Shown: positions 24,816-38,300 of the stretch, piece after piece | How the letters are laid out: each line of letters starts with the position of its first letter | Numbering within the stretch: the first letter of the stretch is position 1 | DNA from: the human T2T-CHM13v2.0 reference genome, Homo sapiens | DNA length: 64,000 bases | Assembly (NCBI RefSeq): GCF_009914755.1 | Contig: NC_060948.1 | Reading direction: 5' to 3' (one strand) | Notes under the pieces: model-generated | Databases searched by the model: none | What the model was told of the DNA's origin: nothing | Seen by the model: the letters and a program-made list of their open reading frames with translations, nothing else | Translations under genes and position numbers: made by a program

Positions 24816-27800
24816 ATGGAATGGGAACGAATGGAATGGAATGGAAAGGAATGGAATCGAATGGAAAGGAATCGAATGGAAGGGAATGAAATTGAATCAA
24901 CAGGAATGGAAGGGAATAGAATAGACGGTAATGGAATGGACTCGAATAGAATGGACACGAATGCTCAAATTGAATGGACTCGAATGGAATGGAAATGAAA
25001 GGAATGTCATCGAATGCAATTCAATCGATTGGAATGAAATCGCATAGGATGGAGTGGAATCAAATGGAATTGAATCGAAAGGAAAAGAAGCGAATTGACT
25101 GAAATGAAATGGAATGGAATTGAATGGAAAGTAATGCAACGGAATAGAATGGATTGAAATTTCACGGAATGGAATCAAACTGAATGGAATCAAATCAATG
25201 GAATATAATCAAATGGAATGGAAAGGAATTGAATGGAGTAGATTGTATTGGATGGGATTGGAATGAAATGTACTGGAAAGGACTCGAATTTCATGAAACG
25301 GAATGGAATGTATTAGAACGGAATGGACTCGAATGGAATTGAATGTCACGGAATGGCATCAAATGGAATGGCATCAATTGGAATGGAATCGAATGCAATG
25401 GAATGCTATGGAATGGAATGGAATGCATTGGAATGGAATGTCCTCTAATGGAATGGATTCGAGTGGAATGGAATCGAATATAATGGAGTCTAATGAAATG
25501 GAATTGAAAGGAATGGGATCCAATACAATGGAATATACTGGAATGTAATGTAATGAACTCGAATGTAATTGACTGGAATGGAATGTACATGAGTGGAATG
25601 TAATCGAATGGAAAGTAATCCAATGGAATAGAATCTAATGCAATAAAATCGACTCAAATAGAGTAGAATGTAATGGAATGGAGTGCAGTGCAATGGAATG
25701 GAATGGAATGGGATGGAATGGTATGGAATGGATAGTAATGGACTGGAGTGAAATGGACTGGAAAATAATGGACTCAAATTGAAAGGGCTCGAAAGGAATG
25801 GAGTCAAATGGAATGGTCTGGAATGGAATGAACACGAATGTAATGCAATCCAATAGAATGGAATCGAATGGCATGGAATATAAAGAAATGGAATCGAAGA
25901 GAATGGAAACAAATGGAATGGAATTGAATGGAATGGAATTGAATGGAATGGGAACGAATGGAGTGAAATTGTATGCAGTAGAAGAGAATAGAAAGGAATG
26001 CAAGCGAAAGGAAAGGAATGGATTGGAATGGAATGGAATTCATTGGAATGGAAGGGAATGTAGTGTAATGGACAGGCCTGTAATAAAGTGGAATGCTACG
26101 GTCTCGAATGGAATAAAAATGTATGGAATGGAATGCAATGAAACGGAATCGAATGTCATAGAAGTAATGGAATGCAAAAAAATGGACTCCAAAATCATTG
26201 ACTGGAAAGGCTGGGTGTCGAAAGGAATTTACTCCAATGGAATGGAATCGAATGGAATGGAAGTGAATAGAATCGAACTAAATCGAATGGAATGGAATTG
26301 ATAGGAACGGAATGGAAAGGAATGCAATGATTTCGCATGGAATGGAATCGAATGGCATCGAATGGAATGGAATGGAATGCAATGGAATGGAATGTATTAA
26401 AATGTAATGAACTTTAATGGAATGTACTCGAATGGATTCGACTGGAATGGAATGTTCTCGAAGTGAATGGACTCCAATGGAATGGATTCGAAAGGAATGG
26501 AATCTAATGGAATGGAATTAAATGGAAATGAATCAAATTGAATAGAACGGAATTGAATTGAATGGAATCGAATGCAATGGAATCTAATGAAACGGAAAGG
26601 AAAGGAATGGAATGGAATGGAATGGAATGGGCTGGAATGGAATGGAATCGAAACGAATGGAATGGAATCGAACTGAAGAGACTGGAATGGAATACACTGG
26701 AATGGAAGGGAATGTAATGGAAGGTTCTCGAAAAAATGTAATTGAAAGGAATGGAATTGAGTGGAACGGAATAGAGTCGAATGGAATTCAATGGAATGGA
26801 ATGGACTAGAGTGAAATGGAATCGAACCACAAGGAATGGACAGGAATAGAATGGTCTCGAATTGAATGGAATCGTATGGAATGGCATCAAACGGAATGGA
26901 ATGGACAGCCACGGAATGGAATGCACTCGAATGCAATGGAGTCGAAACTAATGGACTGGAATAGAATGGACTCGACTGGTACGGACTCCAATGGAATGGA
27001 ATCGAATGGAAGGGAATCGAACGGAATGGACTCGAAGGGAAAAGACTGCAATGGAAAGGTCTCGAATGGAATGGAAATTAATGGAATGGAATGGAATCGA
27101 ATGAAATGGAGTCAAAAGGAATGGAATCGAATGGCAAGAAATCGGATGTAATGGAATCGCAAGGAATTGATGTGAACGGAACGGAATGGAATGGAATCCA
27201 AAGGAATGGAATAGAATGGAATGGAATCGAATGGAAAGGACTCGAATGGAAATCACTCGAATAGAATGCAATTTAATAAAATAGGATCAAATGTAATGGA
27301 ATGGAATGGAAAGGAATCGAAACGAAAGGAATGGAGACAGATGGAATGGAATGGAACAGAGAGCAATGGTATAGAATGGAATGGAATCATCTGGAATGGA
27401 ATTGAATGGAATGGAATAACATGAAATGGACTGGAATGGAATGGAATGCCCTTGAATTAAATGGACTGGAATGGAATGGACTCGAACAGAGTGGAATGGA
27501 AAGTGTTGAAATAGAATGGAATGGACTCGTTTGGAATGGTCTAGTATGCAATGCAATCGACTGGCAGGGAATCAAAAGGAATGTAATCGAATGGATTGGA
27601 CTGGAATGCAATGGACTCGAATAGATTGGAAACGGAATGCAAAGGAATGGAATGGAATAGTATGGAATGGAATGGAAAGGAATGGAGTGGAATAGACTAG
27701 AGTGGAATGGAATGGACTCGAAAGCAATGGACTGGAATGGAACTTTCTTGAATGGACTGGAATCAAACGGAATGGAATGTAATGCAATCAAATGGCATGG

Positions 27801-28312
27801 AATAAAATAGAATGAAAGAGAATCAAATGGAATTGAATCGAATGGAATCGAATGGATTGGCAAGGAATAGAATGGAATGGAATGGAATTGACTCAAATGG
27901 AATGGACTAGAATGGAATGGATTCGAATGGAAGGCAAAGGAATGGAATCTATTGGAATGGACTGTAATGGAATGGAATGGAAGGGATTGGAATGGACTCG
28001 AATGGAATGGACTGCAATAGAAAGGATTCGAATGGAATGAAAAAGAATTGAATGGAATAGAACAGAATGGAATCAAATCGAATGAAATGGAATGGAATAG
28101 AAAGGAATGGAATGAAATGGAATGGAAAGGATTCGAATGGAATGCAATCGAATGGACTGGAATCGAACGGAATGGAATAAAATGGAAGAAAACTGGCAAG
28201 AAATGGAATCGAAATGAATGGAGTGTTATGGAACGGACTCAAAAGGAATTGAATGTAATAGAATGGAGTGGAGTGGACTCCAATATAATAGACTGGAATG
28301 GAATGAAATCAC
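24816..28312 (+). repeat. Unit 8, type A (3497 bp)
   Basis: A markers at an offset of 14079 from unit 4. Confidence 0.85.
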
Positions 28313-31300
28313 ATGGAATGGGAACGAATGGAATGGAATGGAAAGGAATGGAATCGAATGGAAAGGAATCGAATGGAAGGGAATGAAATTGAATCAACAG
28401 GAATGGAAAGGAGTAGAATAGACGGTAATGGAATGGGCTCGAATAGAATGGACACGAATGCTCAAATTAAATGGACTCGAATGGAATGGAAACGAAAGGA
28501 ATGTCATCGAATGGAATTGAATCGATTGGAATGAAATCACATAGAATGGAGTGGAATCAAATGGAATTGAATCGAAAGGAAAGGAAGCGAATGGACTGAA
28601 ATGAAATGGAATGGAATTGAATGGAAATTAATGCAATGGAATAGAATGGAAAGAAATTTCACGGAATGGAATCAAACTGAATGGAATCAAATCAATGGAA
28701 TATAATCAAATGGAATGGAAAGGAATTGAATGGAGTAGATTGGATTGGATGGGATTGGAATGAAATGTACTGGAAAGGACTCGAATTTCATGAAACGGAA
28801 TGGAATGAATTAGAACGGAATGGACTCGAATGGAATGGAATATCACGGAATGGCATCAAATGGAATGGCATCAATTGGAATGGAATCGAATGCAATGTAA
28901 TGCTATGGAATGGAATGGAATGCATTGGAATGGAATGTCCTCTAATGGAATGGATTCGAGTGGAATGGAATCGAATATAATGGAGTCTAATGAAATGGAA
29001 TTGAAAGGAATGGGATCCAATACAATGGAATATACTGGAATGTAATGTAATGAACTCGAATGTAATTGACTGGAATGGAATGTACATGAATGGAATGTAA
29101 TCGAATGGAAAGTAATCCAATGGAATAGAATCTAATGCAATAAAATCGACTCAAGTAGAGTAGAATATAATGGAATGGAGTGCAGTGCAATGGAATGGAA
29201 TGGAATGGAATGCAATGGAATGGAATGGAATGGAATGGAATGGAATGGGATGGAATGGTATGGAATGGATAGTAATGGACTGGAGTGAAATGGACTGGAA
29301 AGGAATGGACTCAAATTGAAAGGGCTCGAAAGGAATGGAGTCAAATGGAATGGTCTGGAATGGAATGAACACGAATGTAATGCAATCCAATAGAATGGAA
29401 TCGAATGGCATGGAATGTAAAGAAATGGAATCGAAGAGAATGGAAACAAATGGAATGGAATTGAATGGAATGGAATTGAATGGAATGGGAACGAATGGAG
29501 TGAAATTGTATGCAGTAGAAGAGAATAGAATGGAATGCAAGCGAAAGGAAAGGAATGGATTGGAATGGAATGGAATTCATTGGAATGGAAGGGAATGTAG
29601 TGTAATGGACAGGCCTGGAATAAAGTGGAATGCTACGGTCTCGAATGGAATAAAAATGTATGGAATGGAATGCAATGAAACGGAATCGAATGTCATAGAA
29701 TGTAATGGAATGCAAAAAAATGGAATCCAAAATCATTGACTGGAAAGGCTGGGTGTCGAAAGGAATTGACTCCAATGGAATGGAATCGAATGGCATGGAA
29801 GTGAATAGAATGGAACTAAATCGAATGGAATGGAATTGATAGGAACGGAATGGAAAGGAATGCAATGATTTGGCATGGAATGGAATCGAATGGCATCGAA
29901 TGGAATGGAATGGAATGCAATGGAATGGAATGTATTAGAATGTAATGAACTTTAATGGAATGTACTCGAATGGATTCGACTGGAATGGAATGTTCTCGAA
30001 GTGAATGGACTCCAATGGAATGGATTCGAAAGGAATGGAATCTAATGGAATGGAATTAAATGGAAATGAATCAAATTGAATAGAACGGAATTGAATTGAA
30101 TGGAATCGAATGCAATGGAATCTAATGAAAAGGAAAGGAAAGGAATGGAATGGATTGGAATGGAATGGGCTGGAATGGAATGGAATCGAAACGAATGGAA
30201 TGGAATCGAACTGAAGAGACTGGAATGGAATGCACTGGAATGGAAGGGAATGTAATGGAAGGTTCTCAAGAAAAATGGAATCGAAAGGAATGGAATTGAA
30301 TGGAACGGAATAGAGTCGAATGGAATTCAATGGAATGGAATGGACTAGAGTGAAATGGAATCGAACCACAAGGAATGGACAGGAATAGAATGGTCTCGAA
30401 TTGAATGGAATCGTATGGAATGGCATCAAACGGAATGGAATGGACAGCCACGGAATGGAATGCACTCGAATGCAATGGAGTCGACACTAACGGAGTGGAA
30501 TAGAATGGACTCGACTGGTACGGACTCCAATGGAATGGAATCGAATGGAAGGGTATCGAACGGAATGGACTCGAAGGGAAAAGACTGCAATGGAAAGGTC
30601 TCGAATGGAATGGAAATTAATGGAATGGAATGGAATCGAATGAAATGGAGTCAAAAGGAATGGAATCGAATGGCAAGAAATCGAATGTAATGGAATCGCA
30701 AGGAATTGAAGTGAACGGAACGGAATGCAATGGAATCCAAAGGAATGGAATAGAATGGAATGGAATCGAATGGAAAGGACTCGAATGGAAATCACTCGAA
30801 TAGAATGCAATTTAATAAAATAGGATCAAATGTAATGGAATGGAATGGAAAGGAATCGAAACGAAAGGAATGGAGACAGATGGAATGGAATGGAACAGAG
30901 AGCAATGGTATAGAATGGAATGGAATCATCTGGAATGGAATTGAATGGAATGGAATAATATGAAATGGAATGGAATGGAATGGAATGCCCTTGAATTAAA
31001 TGGACTGGAATGGAATGGACTCGAACAGAGTGGAATGGAAAGTGTTGAAATAGAATGGAATGGACTCGTTTGGAATGGTCTAGTATGCAATGCAATCGAC
31101 TGGCAGGGAATCAAAAGGAATGTAATCGAATGGATTGGACTGGAATGCAATGGACTCGAATAGATTGGAAACGGAAAGCAAAGGAATGGAATGGAATAGT
31201 ATGGAATGGAATGGAAAGGAATGGAGTGGAATAGACTAGAGTGGAATGGAATGGACTGGAAAGCAATGGACTGGAATGGAACTTTCTTGAATGGACTGGA

Positions 31301-31851
31301 ATCAAACGGAATGGAATGCAATGCAATCAAATGGCATGGAATAAAATAGAATGAAAGAGAATCAAATGGAATTGAATCGAATGGAATCGAATGGATTGGA
31401 AAGGAATAGAATGGAATGGAACGGAATTGACTCAAATGGAATGGACTAGAATGGAATGGATTCGAATGGAAGGCAAATGAATGGAATCTATTGGAATGGA
31501 CTGTAATGGAATGGAATGGAAGGGATTGGAATGGACTCGAATAGAATGGACTGCAATAGAAAGGATTCGAATGGAATGAAAAAGAATTGAATGAAATAGA
31601 AGAGAATGGAAACAAATCGAATGAAATGGAATGGAAGAGAAAGGAATGGAATGAAATGGAATGGAAAGGATTCGAATGGAATGCAATCGAATGGAATGGA
31701 ATCGAACGGAATGGAATAAAATGGAAGAAAACTGGCAAGAAATGGAATCGAAATGAATGGAGTGTTATGGAACGGACTCAAAAGGAATTGAATGTAATAG
31801 AATGGAGTGGAGTGGACTCGAATATAATGGACTGGAATGGAATGAAATCAC
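28313..31851 (+). repeat. Unit 9, type B (3539 bp)
   Basis: B markers at an offset of 14079 from unit 5. Confidence 0.85.
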
Positions 31852-34800
31852 ATGGAATGGGAACGAATGGAATGGAATGGAAAGGAATGGAATCGAATGG
31901 AAAGGAATCGAATGGAAGGGAATGAAATTGAATCAACAGGAATGGAAGGGAGTAGAATAGACGGTAATGGAATGGACTCGAATAGAATGGACACGAATGC
32001 TCAAATTGAATGGACTCGAATGGAATGGAAACGAAAGGAATGTCATCGAATGGAATTGAATCGATTGGAATGAAATCGCATAGAATGGAGTGGAATCAAA
32101 TGGAATTGAATCGAAAGGAAAGGAAGCGAATGGACTGAAATGAAATGGAATGGAATTGAATGGAAAGTAATGCAATGGAATAGAATGGAACGAAATTTCA
32201 CGGAATGGAATCAAACTGAATGGAATCAAATCAATGGAATATAATCAAATGGAATGGAAAGGAATTGAACGGAGTAGATTGGATTGGATGGGATTGGAAT
32301 GAAATGTACTGGAAAGGACTCGAAATTCATGAAACGGAATGGAATGAACTGGAACGGAATGGAATCGAATGGAATGGAATGTCATGTAATGGCATCAAAT
32401 GGAATGGAATCGAATGCGATGGAATGCTATGGAATGGAATGGAATGCATAGGAATGGAATGTCCTCTAATGGAATGTATTCGAGTGGAATGGAATCGAAT
32501 ATAATGCAGTCTAATGAAATGGAATTGAAAGGAATGGGACCGAATACAATGGAATAAACTGGAATGTAATGTAATGAACTCGAATGTAATTGACTGGAAT
32601 GGAATGTACATGAATGGAATGTAATCGCATGGAAAGCAATCCAATGGAATAGAATCTAATGCAATAAAATCGACTCAAATAGAGTAGAATGTAATGGAAT
32701 GGAGTGCAGTGCAATGGAATGGAATGGAATGCAACGGAATGGAATGGAATGGAATGGAATGGGATGGAATGGTATGGAATGGATAGTAATGGACTGGAGT
32801 GAAATGGACTGGAAAAGAATGGACTCAAATTGAAAGGGCTCGAAAGGAATGGAGTCAAATGGAATGGTCTGGAATGGAATGAACACGAATGTAATGCAAT
32901 CCAATAGAATGGAATCGAATGGCATAGAATATAAAGAAATGGAATCGAAGAGAATGGAAACAAATGGAATGGAATTGAATGGAATGGAATTGAATGGAAT
33001 GGGAACGAATGGAGTGAAATTGTATGCAGTAGAAGAGAATAGAATGGAATGCAAGCGAAAGGAAAGGAATGGATTGGAATGGAATGGAATTCATTGGAAT
33101 GGAAGGGAATGTAGTGTAATGGACAGGCCTGGAATAAAGTGGAATGCTACGGTCTCGAATGGAATAAAAATGTATGGAATGGAATGCAATGAAACGGAAT
33201 CGAATGTCATAGAATGTAATGGAATGCAAAAAAATGGAATCCAAAATCATTGACTGGAAAGGCTGGGTGTCGAAAGGAATTGACTCCAATGGAATGGAAT
33301 CGAATGGAATGGAAGTGAATAGAATCGAACTAAATCGAATGGAATGGAATTGATAGGAACGGAATGGAAAGGAATGCAATGATTTGGCATGGAATGGAAT
33401 CGAAAGGCATCGAATGGAATGGAATGGAATGCAATGGAATGGAATGTATTAGAATGTAATGAACATTAATGGAAAGTACTCGAATGGATTCGACTGGAAT
33501 GGAATGTTCTGGAAGTGAATGGACTCCAATGGAATGGATTCGAAAGGAATGGAATCGAACGGAATGGAATTAAACGGAAATGAATCAAATAGAATAGAAC
33601 GGAATTGAATTGAATGGAATCGAATGCAATGGAATCTAATGAAACGGAAAGGAATGGAATGGAATGGGCTGGAATGGAATGGAATCGAAACGAATGGAAT
33701 GGAATCGAACTGAAGAGACTGGAATGGAATGCACTGGAATGGAAGGGAATGTAATGGAAGGTTCTCGAAAAAAATGGAATCGAAAGGAATGGAATTGAAT
33801 GGAACGGAATAGAGTCGAATGGAATTCAATGGAATGGAATGGACTAGAGTGAAATGGAATCGAACCACAAGGAATGGACAGGAATAGAATGGTCTCGAAT
33901 TGAATGGAATCGTATGGAATGGCATCAAACGGAATGGAATGGACGGCCACGGAATGGAATGCACTCGAATGCAATGGAGTCGAAACTAATGGACTGGAAT
34001 AGAATGGACTCGACTGGTACGGACTCCAATGGAATGGAATCGAATGGAAGGGAATCGAACGGAATGGACTCGAAGGGAAAAGACTGCAATGGAAAGGTCT
34101 CGAATGGAATGGAAATTAATGGAATGGAATGGAATCGAATGAAATGGAGTCAAAAGGAATGGAATCGAATGGCAAGAAATCGAATGTAATGGAATCGCAA
34201 GGAATTGATGTGAACGGAACGGAATGGAATGGAATCCAAAGGAATGGAATAGAATGGAATGGAATCGAATGGAAAGGACTCGAATGGAAATCACTCGAAT
34301 AGAATGCAATTAAATAAAATAGGATCAAATGTAATGGAATGGAATGGAAAGGAATCGAAACGAAAGGAATGGAGACAGATGGAATGGAATGGAACAGAGA
34401 GCAATGGTATAGAATGGAATGGAATCATCTGGAATGGAATTGAATGGAATGGAATAATATGAAATGGAATGGAATGGAATGGAATACCCTTGAATTAAAT
34501 GGACTGGAATGGAATGGACTCGAACAGAGTGGAATGGAAAGTGTTGAAATAGAATGGAATGGACTCGTTTGGAATGGTCTAGTATGCAATGCAATCGACT
34601 GGCAGGGAATCAAAAGGAATGTAATCGAATGGATTGGACTGGAATGCAATGGACTCGAATAGATTGGAAACGGAAAGCAAAGGAATGGAATGGAATAGTA
34701 TGGAATGGAATGCAAAGGAATGGAGTGGAATAGACTAGAGTGGAATGGAATGGACTCGAAAGCAATGGACTGGAATGGAACTTTCTTGAATGGACTGGAA

Positions 34801-35365
34801 TCAAACGGAATGGAATGCAATGCAATCAAATGGCATGGAATAAAATAGAATGAAAGAGAATCAAATGGAATTGAATCGAATGGAATCGAATGGATTGGAA
34901 AGGAATAGAATGGAATGGAATGGAATTGACTCAAATGGAATGGACTAGAATGGAATGGATTCGAATGGAAGGCAAAGGAATGGAATCTATTGGAATGGAC
35001 TGTAATGGAATGGAATGGAAGGGATTGTAATGGACTCGAATGGAATGGACTGCAGTAGAAAGGATTCGAATGGAATGAAAAAGAATTGAATGGAATAGAA
35101 CAGAATGGAATCAAATCGAATGAAATGGAATGGAATAGAAAGGAATGGAATGAAATGGAATGGAAAGGATTCGAATGGAATGCAATCGAATGGAATGAAA
35201 TCGAATGGAATGGAATCGAACGGAATGGAATAAAATGGAAGAAAACTGGCAAGAAATGGAATCGAAATGAATGGAGTGTTACGGAACGGACTCAAAAGGA
35301 ATTGAATGTAATAGAATGGAGTGGAGTGGACTCGAATATAATGGACTAGAATGGAATGAAATCAC
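31852..35365 (+). repeat. Unit 10, C-type head with non-C tail (3514 bp); domain-boundary unit
   Basis: C alleles through GGCC at 33945. The C-specific 15-bp duplication is absent at ~34050, and tail alleles are shared with unit 11. Confidence 0.75.
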
Positions 35366-38300
35366 ATGGAATGGGAACGAATGGAATGGAATGGAAAGGA
35401 ATGGAATCGAATGGAAAGGAATCGAATGGAAGGGAATGAAATTGAATCAACAGGAATGGAAGGGAGTAGAATAGACGGTAATGGAATGGACTCGAATAGA
35501 ATGGACACGAATGCTCAAATTGAATGGACTCGAATGGAATGGCAACGAAAGGAATGTCATCGAATGGAATTGAATCGTTGGAATGAAATCACATAGAATG
35601 GAGTGGAATCAAATGGAATTGAATCGAAAGGAAAGGAAGCGAATGGACTGAAATGAAATGGAATGGAATTGAATGGAAATTAATGCAATGGAATAGAATG
35701 GAACGAAATTTCACGGAATGGAATCAAACTGAATGGAATCAAATCAATGGAATATAATCAAATGGAATGGAAAGGAATTGAATGGAGTAGATTGGATTGG
35801 ATGGGATTGGAATGAAATGTACTGGAAAGGACTCGAATTTCATGAAACGGAATGGAATGAATTAGAACGGAATGGACTCGAATGGAATGGAATGTCATGG
35901 AATGGCATCAAATGGAATGGAATCGAATGCAATGGAATGCTTTGGAATGGAATGGAATGCATTGGAATGGAATGTCCTCTAATGGAATGTATTCGAGTGG
36001 AATGGAATCGAATATAATGGAGTCTAATGAAATGGAATTGAAAGGAATGGGACCGAATACAATGGAATATACTGGAATGTAATGTAATGAACTCGAATGT
36101 AATTGACTGGAATGGAATGTACATGAATGGAATGTAATCGAATGGAAAGCAATCCAATGGAATAGAATCTAATGCAATAAAATCGACTCAAATAGAGTAG
36201 AATGTAATGGAATGGAGTGCAGTGCAATGGAATGGAATGGAATGGAATGCAATGGAATGGAATGGAATGGAATGGGATGGAATGGTATGGAATGGATAGT
36301 AATGGACTGGAGTGAAATGGACTGGAAAAGAATGGACTCAAATTGAAAGGGCTCGAAAGGAATGGAGTCAAATGGAATGGTCTGGAATGGAATGAACACG
36401 AATGTAATGCAATCCAATAGAATGGAATCGAATGGCATGGAATATAAAGAAATGGAATCGAAGAGAATGGAAACAAATGGAATGGAATTGAATGGAATGG
36501 AATTGAATGGAATGGGAACGAATGGAGTGAAATTGTATGCAGTAGAAGAGAATAGAATGGAATGCAAGCGAAAGGAAAGGAATGGATTGGAATGGAATGG
36601 AATTCATTGGAATGGAAGGGAATGTAGTGTAATGGACAGGCCTGGAATAAAGTGGAATGCTACGGTCTCGAATGGAATAAAAATGTATGGAACGGAATGC
36701 AATGAAACGGAATCGAATGTCATAGAATGTAATGGAATGCAAAAAAATGGACTCCAAAATCATTGACTGGAAAGGCTGGGTGTCGAAAGGAATTGACTCC
36801 AATGGAATGGAATCGAATGGAATGGAAGTGAATAGAATCGAACTAAATCGAATGGAATGGAATTGATAGGAACGGAATGGAAAGGAATGCAATGATTTGG
36901 CATGGAATGGAATCGAATGGCATCGAATGGAATGGAATGGAATGCAATGGAATGGAATGTATTAGAATGTAATGAACTTTAATGGAATGTACTCGAATGG
37001 ATTCGACTGGAATGGAATGTTCTCGAAGTGAATGGACTCCAATGGAATGGATTCGAAAGGAATGGAATCTAATGGAATGGAATTAAATGGAAATGAATCA
37101 AATTGAATAGAACGGAATTGAATTGAATGGAATCGAATGCAATGGAATCTAATGAAACGGAAAGGAAAGGAATGGAATGGATTGGAATGGAATGGGCTGG
37201 AATGGAATGGAATCGAAACGAATGGAATGGAATCGAACTGAAGAGACTGGAATGGAATGCACTGGAATGGAAGGGAATGTAATGGAAGGTTCTCGAAAAA
37301 AATGGAATCGAAAGGAATGGAATTGAATGGAACGGAATAGAGTCGAATGGAATTGAATGGAATGGAATGGACTAGAGTGAAATGGAATCGAACCACAAGG
37401 AATGGACAGGAATAGAATGGTCTCGAATTGAATGGAATCGTATGGAATGGCATCAAACGGAATGGAATGGACAGCCACGGAATGGAATGGACACCCACGG
37501 AATGGAATGCACTCGAATGCAATGGAGTCGACACTAATGGACTGGAATAGAATGGACTCGACTGGTACGGACTCCAATGGAATGGAATCGAATGGAAGGG
37601 AATCGAAAGGAATGGACTCGAAGGGAAAAGACTGCAATGGAAAGGTCTCGAATGGAATGGAAATTAATGGAATGGAATGGAATCGAATGAAATGGAGTCA
37701 AAAGGAATGGAATCGAATGGCAAGAAATCGAATGTAATGGAATCGCAAGGAATTGATGTGAACGGAACGGAATGGAATGGAATCCAAAGGAATGGAATAG
37801 AATGGAATGGAATCGAATGGAAAGGACTCGAATGGAAATCACTCGAATAGAATGCAATTTAATAAAATAGGATCAAATGTAATGGAATGGAATGGAAAGG
37901 AATCGAAACGAAAGGAATGGAGACAGATGGAATGGAATGGAACAGAGAGCAATGGTATAGAATGGAATGGAATCATCTGGAATGGAATTGAATGGAATGG
38001 AATAATATGAAATGGAATGGAATGGAATGGAATGCCCTTGAATTAAATGGACTGGAATGCAATGGACTCGAACAGAGTGGAATGGAAAGTGTTGAAATAG
38101 AATGGAATGGACTCGTTTGGAATGGTCTAGTATGCAATGCAATCGACTGGCAGGGAATCAAAAGGAATGTAATCGAATGGATTGGACTGGAATGCAATGG
38201 ACTCGAATAGATTGGAAGCGGAAAGCAAAGGAATGGAATGGAATAGTATGGAATGGAATGCAAAGGAATGGAGTGGAATAGACTAGAGTGGAATGGAATG

